53,794 nt of DNA from Alphaproteobacteria bacterium UBA828 (GTDB taxonomy: Bacteria > Pseudomonadota > Alphaproteobacteria > UBA828), in assembly GCA_002296185.1 (NCBI GenBank), contig DBHM01000022.1, forward strand, positions 1-53,794, given 5' to 3'. Shown here piece by piece: positions 10,417-20,589 of the stretch (positions are counted from its first letter, which is position 1; each line of letters starts with the position of its first letter). The translations under genes and the position numbers were made by a program. The notes beneath the pieces were generated by a model. That model saw only the letters and a list, made by a program, of their open reading frames with translations. It was not told where the DNA came from and ran no database searches.

Positions 10417-13326
10417 TTATAACTCCTGTCGCTTACCATCAGGATCATAGAATGGTAACTTCACAACAGTGGCCTGCACAATTTCTCCTTCATCAACACG
10501 AATTTCTACTTCACTCCCGGGATCAGATTGATGAGGAGCAACATAGGCTAAGGCTACAACTTTTTTTAGAACAGGTGAGTATCCAATTGATGTTATTCTT
10601 CCTGTAATATTTGACCCATCAATTACAAGGTGACACTCCTTTGGAATAGTTGAATTTGATTCACTTAGCTCAAGACCAACCAGTTTTCTTGTAAGCGGTT
10701 TACCTTCAAGAATAGATACTGACTTCAGGCCGACATAGAAAGGCTTCTTACGAGAAATTGCCCACGCCATATCGGCTTCAATCGGATGAGTAAGACCATC
10801 GGTGTCTTGAGAAATGATTATATGTCCCTTTTCTAATCTTAATAAGCGCTGAGCCTCAACACCAAAAGGCCGGATAGATTCCTCCTGACCCTCTTCCATC
10901 AAAGCATCCCAGAGCGCCTCTCCTTGGTGTGCTGGGACATGAAGTTCGTAACCAAGCTCACCTACAAAACCAACGCGCAACATTCTTGCAGGGATACCAG
11001 CCACATGCCCCTCTCGAACGCCCATATAAGGAAACCCTGCAGGTGACAAGTCAACATCACTGCAAAGCCTCTCCAAAATATCTCTACTTTTTGGACCAGC
11101 AATATTAACACCTGAGTATGAGGCAGTTACATTTGTTATATCTACTTTTAGTCTCCACTGAGCATTGAACCAGAGCATTTGCCTATAAACTGCATCAACG
11201 CCACTTGTTGTAGCCGTAACATAAAAATGCTCGTCAGAAAATCTGCAAGCCACACCATCATCAATGATTACACCAGATAGATCTGTCATTAAAACATAAC
11301 GTGATTTTCCAACCGGCTGTTTAAGGTACGCAAAAGTATACATACGATTTAAAAATTCAGCTGCATCTGGACCACAAATATCAAGACCACCTAAAGTTGA
11401 TACATCAACTAATCCAACGTTCTGCCTGACATTTAGTGCTTCCTCTCTTATTAGACGATCTTTCTCTTTTGAACTTCCATAATACTCAGGCCTGAGCCAT
11501 GCACCTGCAGGCATCATCTTTGCCCCTAATTCTATATGACGGTGGTGTATAGATGTATATCGTACAGGCTCAAAAATCCTACCTGCTAAATGACCAAAAG
11601 TGACTAATGCATTTGGAGGCCTGGCTGTTGTCATGCCTGTACTGTCAAGTGAAAGTCCCAGATGCTTTGATGCTAAACGCATGGCTGGCAAGGATGAATG
11701 TCGGCCCTGTGATGGGCCCATACCATTTGTTGTAAAACGTTTTAAGTGCTCAATATGACTATATCCCTCTTTCAAAGCCATCTGCAGATCATGGACTTGT
11801 ATATCTTCATCAAAATCAACAAAGGCTTTTCCTTTGGGGTGGTCAAAAATTGGCCAAGGATGTACTTTGGAAGCATACTGTGGAGAAACATCTATTAAGT
11901 CACTATCCGAACTTAAGCCAATTTTTTTTGCTGCAATCATACCCACATACCTACCATTAGCAGCCGCAGAATCTATGCAGCTGTGGCCAACTAAGCCACC
12001 CGCAGCAAAGACTGAATCATCAAGGCCTTCGATTGAAGTTGATCCAGAGTTTTCATCATAGTTAAGTTTTCCTCCTGCCTGACGGATAAGTGGGGCCGCA
12101 GGAAACCAGCCAGCGCTTATAACAACAAGATCACAAGAAAATGAGTCAACTTCACGGGCACATACTCCGGGATTCAAAATTTTTGCCACACGTAATTGAG
12201 AAACTCGCAAGCCGTCTGCTGAGGGGACAGCCTCCCATGGTGTTCTACCAGGAAATATTGGTATGTGGCGTCTTTGGACCTCAGCTGAAAGTTCAGTTCT
12301 ATCAGGATCCTCACGCAAATCTACAATTGCTGCGACCTCAACACCTGAGTCAACTAGATCAAGAGCAACACCGTATCCATGATCATCTGATGTTGCTACT
12401 ACTGCTCTCTTCCCAGGCTTAACGCCCCACATATGAATTAAGCGCTGAGCAGCAGAACCAAGCATAATACCTGGAAGGTCATTATTTCTGAAGACTATTG
12501 GTTGCTCCCAACATCCTGTCGCCACTACTAGTGACCTGGCTCTTAACTTAATAAGCCGATTACTGCTCACTACTGCTAACCAGTTATCTGGATATCGACC
12601 AATTACCGAGCTACTAGCTAATACACGAATATTTTCATTTTCCTCTACTTCATCTAGCAACTTATCCCTAACACTTTTATCACTATCAACTTCTATGCTC
12701 GCTCGCCCCCAGTTTAGTGAGCCGCCTGGAGCCTGATCTTCGTCTATTACAATTACATTTGCTCCAGATTTAGCTGCCTCTATACTAGCGGAAAGGCCTG
12801 CTGGTCCAGCACCAACAACAACTACGTCATAAAAAAGATATTCCTTATCGTAATACTTATGTGGCGCGTTGGGATTCAGCACACCTAATCCAGCAATTTT
12901 TCGAATTATGTTAGCCCATATAGGCCAAGTCCATCCAGGCTTATAAAAAGCTTTGTAGTAAAAGCCCGCTGGCAAAAATCTACCAAACCTTCCTATTATA
13001 TTTAGGTTATCTTTTAGTAAAGAACCCCAATAATTCTGAGCTTTTACATCTAGTCCATCAACAATAGGGACTCTTTCCGCAAATCTGTTAGGCGAATCAC
13101 CAATTTGAACAAGAGTGTTGGCGTCAAGAGAATTCAAACTCATAATTCCACGGGGCCGATGATACTTGAAAGAGCGGGAAAATACTCTCTGATCAGAAGC
13201 CATAAGTGCGCTAGCTACTGTATCTCCGTCAAAACCTTTGTAAGTCTTTCCCTCGAACTTGAAGGTAACTATTTTTTGCCTGTTTATTAAATGACCAGCA
13301 GGAGCATCCAACCGCATTACCATCAA
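10417..13326 (-). CDS. mgdC: N-methylglutamate dehydrogenase subunit C (sarcosine oxidase alpha-like)
   Basis: SRSFKYHRPRG, GAGPAGL, KRFTTNGMGPSQG and C-terminal GcvT folate-binding domain (DVSTLG, GELGYE, LRLEKGH). Confidence 0.85.
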   Translation of the reverse strand: MMVMRLDAPAGHLINRQKIVTFKFEGKTYKGFDGDTVASALMASDQRVFSRSFKYHRPRGIMSLNSLDANTLVQIGDSPNRFAERVPIVDGLDVKAQNYWGSLLKDNLNIIGRFGRFLPAGFYYKAFYKPGWTWPIWANIIRKIAGLGVLNPNAPHKYYDKEYLFYDVVVVGAGPAGLSASIEAAKSGANVIVIDEDQAPGGSLNWGRASIEVDSDKSVRDKLLDEVEENENIRVLASSSVIGRYPDNWLAVVSSNRLIKLRARSLVVATGCWEQPIVFRNNDLPGIMLGSAAQRLIHMWGVKPGKRAVVATSDDHGYGVALDLVDSGVEVAAIVDLREDPDRTELSAEVQRRHIPIFPGRTPWEAVPSADGLRVSQLRVAKILNPGVCAREVDSFSCDLVVISAGWFPAAPLIRQAGGKLNYDENSGSTSIEGLDDSVFAAGGLVGHSCIDSAAANGRYVGMIAAKKIGLSSDSDLIDVSPQYASKVHPWPIFDHPKGKAFVDFDEDIQVHDLQMALKEGYSHIEHLKRFTTNGMGPSQGRHSSLPAMRLASKHLGLSLDSTGMTTARPPNALVTFGHLAGRIFEPVRYTSIHHRHIELGAKMMPAGAWLRPEYYGSSKEKDRLIREEALNVRQNVGLVDVSTLGGLDICGPDAAEFLNRMYTFAYLKQPVGKSRYVLMTDLSGVIIDDGVACRFSDEHFYVTATTSGVDAVYRQMLWFNAQWRLKVDITNVTASYSGVNIAGPKSRDILERLCSDVDLSPAGFPYMGVREGHVAGIPARMLRVGFVGELGYELHVPAHQGEALWDALMEEGQEESIRPFGVEAQRLLRLEKGHIIISQDTDGLTHPIEADMAWAISRKKPFYVGLKSVSILEGKPLTRKLVGLELSESNSTIPKECHLVIDGSNITGRITSIGYSPVLKKVVALAYVAPHQSDPGSEVEIRVDEGEIVQATVVKLPFYDPDGKRQEL

Positions 13327-13691
13327 ATACTACTCCCGGTTTCTTTATTTGTGCTATTTACTTCACCAACTTTATTATTTTTAGTATCCTGGCTTTGCGC
13401 CTCAACTTCGGGACGATTGTAATCAATTCTCTCTTTATAAATTTCAGAAGGGTCGAAAGTACGTAGTATTTCATCTTTGACTGTATCACGTTCTGCTATA
13501 AACCAATATGCAGTAGGAACATGACACCACCACTCTTGGACAACGCCAGCTCGATTCTCTTCAATAAATACATAATTTGCCCACTGATCATCTGATATCA
13601 AATGAGGATTTGGGTGATTAATTACGTCACCTCCGAACACAAATTCCTGTGCATTTCTCGGACCGTTTAGTGGACACTCTATTATTTTCAT
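13323..13691 (-). CDS. mgdB: N-methylglutamate dehydrogenase subunit B (sarcosine oxidase delta-like)
   Basis: CPLNGPRN..EF..GG, EWWCH.P..YWFIAERDT. Confidence 0.85.
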   Translation of the reverse strand: MKIIECPLNGPRNAQEFVFGGDVINHPNPHLISDDQWANYVFIEENRAGVVQEWWCHVPTAYWFIAERDTVKDEILRTFDPSEIYKERIDYNRPEVEAQSQDTKNNKVGEVNSTNKETGSSI

Positions 13692-13709
13692 TTAGTAATT
13701 TCCTAACAC

Positions 13710-14951
13710 CTAATGACCCACAGAAGCTGCACCCTTTTCGCCAACAAGATCAAATGTTCGAAAACGATCTAATGCAAAAGGCTTTAAAATGTTTGGCGTC
13801 TTTTCAGTAGCTAGAGTTTCAGCCATCCTCTTACCTGAAACACACGTGGCCTTGAATCCCCATGTACCCCAACCTGCATCAATATAATAATTATTAACAG
13901 GAGTTTTACCCATAACGGGTGAAAAATCTGGGGTCATATCTGCCAAACCAGCCCACTGACGTAAAACTGGCATTTCTGACATAAATGGGAATAATTCAAG
14001 AAGATGGCCCATTAATCCTTCCATAAAATCTAGACTTGATGATGTCTGATAACGCGGATAGGGGTCTGTTGAACCACCCATTACGAATTCTCCCCTATCA
14101 GACTGAGAAATATAAACATGCAAGGAACCAGAGACAATTATAGGATCTAAAATTGGTTTAACTGGCGTAGAAACACATGCTTGAAGTGGAACAGAACGAA
14201 TGGGCAAATCAATGCCAGCCAGTCGAGAAACTTCAGAAGAACGACCGGCAACAGCTTGGAGAACTCTACCACATGATATTCTACCCCGATTAGTTTCCAC
14301 GCCAACAACAGTTCCATCCTCAACTTCTATACCAGTTACTTCAGTATTTTGATGTAACTCAACACCCATCTCTGCAGCTCTACCTGCATATCCCCATGCA
14401 ACAGCATCGTGCCGTGCTATTGCTCCCGGTGGATGATATAAGGCTCCAAGAACTGGATATCTAACCTCTTCTGAGAGGTTTAGTAGGGGAACCATCCTAG
14501 CAAGGTCATCTCTATAAACCACTTCAGAGTTAACCCCAAGGTGCTTATTAACTTCTGCTCGCCATCTGGATGTACGAATAGCAGCATCGGTGTGGGCTAA
14601 TGTGAAGTGGCCCCGCTCGGAATAAAGAATATTATAGTCGAGCTCCCTACTAAGTCCCTTAAAGAGCTTAAGGCTTTCATCATAGAAATCTACACCCTCT
14701 GGAGTGAGATAATTTGACCTTATTATAGCTGTATTACGTCCCGTATTACCCCCTCCAAGCCAGCCCTTTTCAAGTACTGCCACGTTAGTAATACCCCAGT
14801 CTCTAGCCAAATAGTATGCTGCGGCAAGTCCATGACCACCACCACCAATTATGACGACATCGTAAGAAGACTTAAGATCTTTGCTATCGCGAAGAAACTG
14901 CTTAGGTTGAAATCGAGGGTTGAGGCCGTATTTTAGTAGCCCGAAAGCCAT
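13710..14951 (-). CDS. mgdA: N-methylglutamate dehydrogenase subunit A (sarcosine oxidase beta-like, FAD)
   Basis: GGGGHGLA FAD motif, GGNTGRNTAIIRSNY, ARHDAVAWGY, GWGTWGFKA and C-terminal EKGAASVGH. Confidence 0.85.
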   Translation of the reverse strand: MAFGLLKYGLNPRFQPKQFLRDSKDLKSSYDVVIIGGGGHGLAAAYYLARDWGITNVAVLEKGWLGGGNTGRNTAIIRSNYLTPEGVDFYDESLKLFKGLSRELDYNILYSERGHFTLAHTDAAIRTSRWRAEVNKHLGVNSEVVYRDDLARMVPLLNLSEEVRYPVLGALYHPPGAIARHDAVAWGYAGRAAEMGVELHQNTEVTGIEVEDGTVVGVETNRGRISCGRVLQAVAGRSSEVSRLAGIDLPIRSVPLQACVSTPVKPILDPIIVSGSLHVYISQSDRGEFVMGGSTDPYPRYQTSSSLDFMEGLMGHLLELFPFMSEMPVLRQWAGLADMTPDFSPVMGKTPVNNYYIDAGWGTWGFKATCVSGKRMAETLATEKTPNILKPFALDRFRTFDLVGEKGAASVGH

Positions 14952-15004
14952 TTTATCTGCCTTACTAAAGATTTAAAGATATATAAATAGGTATTAAATT
15001 ATTA

Positions 15005-16312
15005 TTAACAATCCAGTGTGTTGTCTCGCTCCCACTTAGAGAGATGCCTTGCATAATCAAGCCATTCTTGCATCTTTAGTTTGGTATAAGAATCAACAAA
15101 AGACGTTCCCAAACCCTCTTTAACAATTTTATTAGTCTTGGTAAGTCTTATTGCATCTAATAAATTTAATGGAAGCTTATCTACTCCCTTTAACTTATCT
15201 CCCTCAGCATACATATCAATATCATAACGTTTACCAGGATCTCTCTTTGATTTTACACCCTCTAAGCCAGCCATTAGAATTGCAGCCTGTGAGAGATAAG
15301 GATTAGTAGAGCCGTCCATCATTCGCAGTTCAAAGCGTCCAGGGCCAGGTATCCTCGCCATAGTTGTACGATTATTTCCACCGAACGTAATTGAGTTTGG
15401 GGACCATGTTGCACCAGATAGTGTCGTTCCAGCGTTTAGACGCTTATAACTATTTACCGTTGGGTTATATATTGAGGACAGCGCAGCAGCTGATTTTAAA
15501 ATACCCCCAAGGAAGTGGTATGATAACTTTGACATTCCCAGCTCACCTTTTGAGTCTGCAAAGAGATTCTTTTTCCCACTTTTATCCCACACTGAAACAT
15601 GTGTGTGACAGCCATTACCAGTTAAATGCTCGAACGGCTTTGGCATAAAAGTTGCACGTAACCCATGTTTTTCTGCAATAGACTTAACCATATACTTAAA
15701 AAACACGTGCCTATCTGCTGATATGAGCGTATCAGTATAGTCATAATTCATTTCGAATTGGCCATTGGCGTCCTCATGGTCATTTTGATAGGGACCCCAA
15801 CCTAATTTTTCCATACTGTCACAAATTTCAGCAACCACTTCATATCGACGCATTAGTGCAGTTTGGTCGTAACAAGGCTTTGACTGAGTATCACGTTGAT
15901 CAGAAATGTCACTTCCATCTTCATTGATTATAAAGTATTCCGCTTCCACTCCAGTTTTCATTCTGTAACCTTTTTTCGCAGCCAGGCCCACCTGTTTTTT
16001 CAAAACGAGTCTTGGAGTATCTAACATTGGCTCGCCTTCCATCCAACAATCACCAGCCAACCAGCCAACCTCAGGCTTCCACGGCAATTGTATCAAACTA
16101 TCTGGATCAGGCATTACGAGCATGTCAGGATGAGCAGGTGAAGAATCTAACCATGCAGCAAAAGCTGCGAAACCTGCACCGTCTTTCTGCATACCTCCAA
16201 TTGCAGAAGCAGGCACTAATTTCGCCCGCAATACTCCAAAGTAATCCACAAAGCTTATGAGAAAATATTTTATTTTCTTCTGTTTTGCGGTCTGCGCCAA
16301 GTTTACAGCCAT
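15005..16312 (-). CDS. gmaS: Gamma-glutamylmethylamide synthetase (GlnT / GS III-like)
   Basis: KYFLISFVD.FG..RAKLVPA, DTQSKPCYDQ.ALMRRY, YQNDHEDANGQFEMN and SGATWSP; adjacent to mgdABCD. Confidence 0.88.
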   Translation of the reverse strand: MAVNLAQTAKQKKIKYFLISFVDYFGVLRAKLVPASAIGGMQKDGAGFAAFAAWLDSSPAHPDMLVMPDPDSLIQLPWKPEVGWLAGDCWMEGEPMLDTPRLVLKKQVGLAAKKGYRMKTGVEAEYFIINEDGSDISDQRDTQSKPCYDQTALMRRYEVVAEICDSMEKLGWGPYQNDHEDANGQFEMNYDYTDTLISADRHVFFKYMVKSIAEKHGLRATFMPKPFEHLTGNGCHTHVSVWDKSGKKNLFADSKGELGMSKLSYHFLGGILKSAAALSSIYNPTVNSYKRLNAGTTLSGATWSPNSITFGGNNRTTMARIPGPGRFELRMMDGSTNPYLSQAAILMAGLEGVKSKRDPGKRYDIDMYAEGDKLKGVDKLPLNLLDAIRLTKTNKIVKEGLGTSFVDSYTKLKMQEWLDYARHLSKWERDNTLDC

Positions 16313-16352
16313 TGGTTTTATATCTCCCAGATATTTCTACTAAGCTACCTTA

Positions 16353-16409
16353 TCATAGCATCAAGCATAATCAATGCTATGAACATAATTTTCCCCTGGT
16401 GAAAGGGGA
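16353..16409. promoter_or_regulatory. Two inverted repeats in the gmaS leader
   Basis: TCATAGCAT-N12-ATGCTATGA (16353-16382) and TCCCCT-N6-AGGGGA (16392-16409); function unknown. Confidence 0.35.
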
Positions 16410-16540
16410 TTTATTTCAGTTAACCTTCAAATAAACATATATATTAAGCAAGAACTATAATTCTTATATTTTGCTTTATACACCTAAAGTATGCCAGAAA
16501 AATCGATCACATATTAGTAATTAAAGCCCTATATTGGCCT

Positions 16541-17137
16541 TTATGGATATTTGATCCCTCTTTTCCAGTATCCTGTGTCACCAGAAAATGTGTAAACAAT
16601 TCTTTCATGTAAACGATTGTCACCCGCCGTCCAAAACTCAATCTCTCTTGGCCTAAGCCTATAACCTGACCAAAAATCAGGGCGAGGAACTTTTATACCT
16701 TCAAACCGAGAAGCTATATCCTTGCATCGCTTTTCTAATTCTTTCCTATTAGTTAACGGACTTGATTGAATTGAAGCCCAGGCACTAATCTGACTATCCC
16801 TGCTCCTTGAAGAGAAGTAATTATCTGCCTCTTCATCACTTACTGGAACTGCATGCCCTTCAATTCTTACTTGCTTTTCTAATGGAATCCAGTGAAAGCA
16901 AAGTGCTGCATTTTGATTTCTCTGCAGATCTTTGCCCTTACGACTATTAAGATTTGTATAAAATACAAACCCTTGGTCGCTGAAACCCTTAAGCAACACC
17001 ATGCGAACAGAAGGCCGTCCTCTAGAATCTACAGTCGCTAAGGACATTGCAGAAGGCTCTTTAATCTTGGATTCACAGGCCTCTTTATACCAAACATCAA
17101 AATGTTTTAATGGGTCATCAAAATTTTCTATAGCCAA
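16541..17137 (-). CDS. pdxH: Pyridoxine/pyridoxamine 5'-phosphate oxidase
   Basis: RMVLLKG, FYTN..SRKG, QVRIEG, AWASIQS, EFW and RLHER. Confidence 0.95.
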   Translation of the reverse strand: MAIENFDDPLKHFDVWYKEACESKIKEPSAMSLATVDSRGRPSVRMVLLKGFSDQGFVFYTNLNSRKGKDLQRNQNAALCFHWIPLEKQVRIEGHAVPVSDEEADNYFSSRSRDSQISAWASIQSSPLTNRKELEKRCKDIASRFEGIKVPRPDFWSGYRLRPREIEFWTAGDNRLHERIVYTFSGDTGYWKRGIKYP

Positions 17138-17310
17138 AACAGCCCCCTAAAGTACTATAATATCAATCAGACTAGCTATATACACTTAGTAATGTATGTT
17201 CTATTAACAACGGATATTTATGAAAATTCATGTAATAGTGGCCACATTTTTGCTTTGTTTTAATAGCTATATAGTATTAGTGCAAAACCTTACACAAAAA
17301 GGAGCTTTTT

Positions 17311-17808
17311 ATGTTTAAGACTGGAGCATTTAAGGCAGGAATCGTTTGTATTTCGCTTTTTAGCATAGTCACGATATCAGGATGCCTAGACGGACAGACC
17401 ACAGGACAAAAAGAACAATTTGGCACTTTAGGAGGCGCCATAATTGGAGGACTCCTGGGAGCACAAGTTGGCGATGGAAGCGGACAGCTAGCAGCAGTTG
17501 CAGCAGGAACTCTACTAGGTGCGTTTATTGGAAATGAAATAGGCACTTCATTAGATAAAGCTGACCAGCTATATGCCGAAAGAACAGCGCAAACGGCTCT
17601 TGAGAGCGCTCCCACAGGCACAACATCATCCTGGGCTAATCCTGATAACGGACATTCAGGAACTTTTACGCCGACAGATACTTACTTTCGTGATGAATAT
17701 ACACCTTGCCGTGAATACCAACAAACGGTAACAATTGGCGGTAGGACAGAGCAGGCATACGGTACTGCGTGCCGCGATGCCAATGGAGACTGGAGAATAC
17801 AAAGTTAA
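17311..17808 (+). CDS. Glycine-zipper lipoprotein (Rickettsia 17-kDa antigen / RT0821-like)
   Basis: Lipobox ISGC, glycine zipper, W.NPDNG, CREYQQ and YGTACR. Confidence 0.88.
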   Translation: MFKTGAFKAGIVCISLFSIVTISGCLDGQTTGQKEQFGTLGGAIIGGLLGAQVGDGSGQLAAVAAGTLLGAFIGNEIGTSLDKADQLYAERTAQTALESAPTGTTSSWANPDNGHSGTFTPTDTYFRDEYTPCREYQQTVTIGGRTEQAYGTACRDANGDWRIQS

Positions 17809-17972
17809 ATAGAGACAAAATATGCTCTATACTGGGCAAGTTAGGGGTATCACGCAGTCTAAAAGGCTTCATCAACGCCTGAAATACTTTTATATGGATT
17901 AGTATTTTATTATAAATGAACCTAACGATTCGTTAATATGCCAAGTGAATTATAGCATTTAGAGGTTGTCAA

Positions 17973-18785
17973 ATGGCTCAAAAATCGGAGCTAATGAATG
18001 GAAAAAAAGGCCTGATAATGGGGGTGGCTAATGATAGGTCAATCGCATGGGGAGCCGCTAATGCGCTCCATTCCCATGGAGCACAACTGGCATTTACATA
18101 TCAAAGTTCAGCTTTAGAAAAACGTGTAAGACCCTTAGCTAATAAAGTTGAGAGTGATATTTTAATACCCTGCGATGTGAGTGATCCTCTACAATTAGAA
18201 TCGGCATTTGCACAAATAAATAATCAATGGGCGTCCCTGGATTTTGTTATTCATGCAGTTGCATTTTCAGATAAAGAAGAATTAAAAGGAAAATATTTAG
18301 ATACATCACGTGAGAATTTTCAAACTACCTTAAATATAAGCTGCTTTTCCTTTACCGAAACTTGCCGTAACGCCGCTCCTCTGATGAAAAATGGTGGAAG
18401 CCTTCTAACTATGTCATACTACGGTGCAGAAAAATGGATGCCGCATTACAATGTTATGGGCGTTGCGAAAGCTGCACTTGAAGCAAGCGTAACCTACTTA
18501 GCCGCAGATCTAGGTGACCAGAATATTCGCGTCAACGCTATTTCTGCAGGACCAATAAAAACACTAGCCGCCTCTGGGATCGGAGATTTTAGATATATAT
18601 TGAAATGGAATGAGCTCAACTCCCCCTTAAGGAGAAACGTAACTATTGATGAGGTCGGAGGTGCTTCAGTTTACTTAGCATCAGATTTAGCAACCGGGGT
18701 AACTGGAGAAGTTCACCATGTAGACTGTGGCTACAACATAGTAGGCATGAAACACCCGGATGCTCCTGATATATCAATTGTCTAG
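17973..18785 (+). CDS. fabI: Enoyl-ACP reductase
   Basis: GVANDRSIAWG, YNVMGVAKAALE and SAGPIKTLA. Confidence 0.96.
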   Translation: MAQKSELMNGKKGLIMGVANDRSIAWGAANALHSHGAQLAFTYQSSALEKRVRPLANKVESDILIPCDVSDPLQLESAFAQINNQWASLDFVIHAVAFSDKEELKGKYLDTSRENFQTTLNISCFSFTETCRNAAPLMKNGGSLLTMSYYGAEKWMPHYNVMGVAKAALEASVTYLAADLGDQNIRVNAISAGPIKTLAASGIGDFRYILKWNELNSPLRRNVTIDEVGGASVYLASDLATGVTGEVHHVDCGYNIVGMKHPDAPDISIV

Positions 18786-18847
18786 AACGCAAAGATACCT
18801 GATGAAATTGCGTCGTACATTTAATTTTAGGATTAAACAAAGAACAG

Positions 18848-19924
18848 ATGTCATATAACACATTTGGACATATATTTAGAGTAACTACTTGGGGAGAGAG
18901 TCATGGGCCAGCCCTTGGCTGCGTGATAGATGGATGCCCACCATTAATCGATCTTAATGAGTCCGATATCCAGCCTTGGCTTGACTCACGTAAGCCGGGT
19001 AAATCAAGATTTGTTACACAACGAAAAGAGAATGACAAAGTGCAAATCCTCTCAGGTACGTTTGAAGGAAAAACAACTGGCACGCCAATAAGCCTTATAA
19101 TAAATAATGAAGATGCCAGATCAAAAGATTATGGGGCTATAGCCGAAAAGTATCGACCAGGGCACGCAGATATTGCATACGATATGAAATATGGAATTCG
19201 CGATTATCGTGGTGGGGGGCGGTCCTCTGCTCGTGAGACTGCATCAAGGGTAGCGGCCGGAGCAGTTGCCAGAAAGATATTAGGCAATAAATTAGAGATT
19301 AAAGGTGCTGTTGTCCAAATAGGATCAAAATCTATTGATCGTTCTAAATGGAATTGGGACCAGATAAATAAAAATGATTTCTTTGCTCCTGATAATAGCA
19401 TTCTAACTGAATGGGAAACCTACCTAGATGAAATCAGAAGTCGCGGATCATCTGTTGGTGCAATTATTGAGATAACAGTTAAAGGAACACCCAAAGGACT
19501 TGGGGCGCCAGTGTATAGAAAACTTGATGCAGATATTGCTCATGCTCTTATGGGAATTAATGCCGTGAAAGCAGTTGAAATAGGCGCTGGTTTCGAAGCT
19601 GGAACCCTAGAAGGACCTGATAATGCGGATGAAATAAGAATTGGAAATAACGAAGCCAAATTTATGTCTAATAATGCGGGCGGTATACTTGGCGGTATCT
19701 CAACTGGACAAGATATTATTTGCAGAATCGCAGTCAAACCAACAAGCTCCTTTCTCACTCCCAGAAAAACTATAACAGTAGATGGAAAAGAAACCGAAAT
19801 TGAAACTAAAGGAAGACATGATCCATGCGTTGGAATACGAGCCACACCTGTTGCTGAAGCAATGATTGCCTGCATTCTTGCAGACCACCTATTACTTGAT
19901 CGAGCGCAGATAGGAACTCGATAA
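18848..19924 (+). CDS. aroC: Chorismate synthase
   Basis: [21 protein letters not shown] and GRHDPC. Confidence 0.97.
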   Translation: MSYNTFGHIFRVTTWGESHGPALGCVIDGCPPLIDLNESDIQPWLDSRKPGKSRFVTQRKENDKVQILSGTFEGKTTGTPISLIINNEDARSKDYGAIAEKYRPGHADIAYDMKYGIRDYRGGGRSSARETASRVAAGAVARKILGNKLEIKGAVVQIGSKSIDRSKWNWDQINKNDFFAPDNSILTEWETYLDEIRSRGSSVGAIIEITVKGTPKGLGAPVYRKLDADIAHALMGINAVKAVEIGAGFEAGTLEGPDNADEIRIGNNEAKFMSNNAGGILGGISTGQDIICRIAVKPTSSFLTPRKTITVDGKETEIETKGRHDPCVGIRATPVAEAMIACILADHLLLDRAQIGTR

Positions 19925-20529
19925 TGAATAAGACGAAACGGAATAATGAATCGCCAAAACCAAAAAAAAATAATGTTTGCGCAATAAGATTGCCTTCCGA
20001 AAAAAGCTTACCTCAATCGATTAAGAGCATTTTTAAAAAATGCAAAGAAAAAATCGGCTTTGTACCCAACGTACTGCGCGCATATACCCTTAGACAAAAT
20101 AAATTTGAATACTTTCGTTCTTATAACAATGAATTAATGTTAGGCGAAAGCGGCCTGTCAAAACTTGATAGAGAAATTATTGCTGTAGTTGTTTCATCAG
20201 CTAATCACTGTAACTACTGCCTTGTTGCACACGGTGCAGCAGTTCGTCATTTATCTGGTGATGCCAAACTAGGAGACGACTTAGCCTCAAACTACAGAGA
20301 AGCAAAGCTTAACAAACGCCAAAAATTGATGAGCGACTTTGCGTGGAAGCTAACAACACGACCCCACGAAGTTCATGATGCAGATAGGTCCTCACTTCGT
20401 ATGGCGGGGTTTAACGACAAAGATATTTTCGATATTGTAGAAGTAACAGGATTTTACAATATGAGTAATAGGATAGCTTCTGGGCTAAGCATAAAGCCAA
20501 ATGACGAATACTACGATATAGGCCGTTAG
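19924..20529 (+). CDS. Peroxidase-related AhpD/CMD family protein
   Basis: GFVPNV, REIIAVVVS..N.CNYCLVAH and FYNMSNR. Confidence 0.85.
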   Translation: MNKTKRNNESPKPKKNNVCAIRLPSEKSLPQSIKSIFKKCKEKIGFVPNVLRAYTLRQNKFEYFRSYNNELMLGESGLSKLDREIIAVVVSSANHCNYCLVAHGAAVRHLSGDAKLGDDLASNYREAKLNKRQKLMSDFAWKLTTRPHEVHDADRSSLRMAGFNDKDIFDIVEVTGFYNMSNRIASGLSIKPNDEYYDIGR

Positions 20530-20589
20530 TGTTACTCAACAAACTATTAAATCATAATTATCTAAAAATTCTCATTAGCAATAGTCTGA

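Noticed and set aside
9701-14951. Sarcosine oxidase soxBDAG working with the hydantoinases as a creatinine pathway
   Set aside because: Adjacency to gmaS and the subunit signatures fit MgdABCD better; no carbamoylsarcosine amidase or creatinine deaminase in the window
15005-16312. Housekeeping glutamine synthetase glnA
   Set aside because: Signatures and context are those of GmaS/GlnT, not GS I
16470-16500. Sigma-54 promoter for gmaS (minus-strand TGGCAT)
   Set aside because: The -12 position reads GT rather than GC at the required GG-N10-GC spacing
16440-16540. tRNA-Thr att duplicate at the far end of the gmaS-mgd block
   Set aside because: Only ATTCTTA matches, which is expected by chance in AT-rich DNA
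17923-17935. TAACGA-T-TCGTTA palindrome upstream of fabI (similar short inverted repeats near 38341 and 43954)
   Set aside because: Arms of 5-7 bp are common by chance at this AT content
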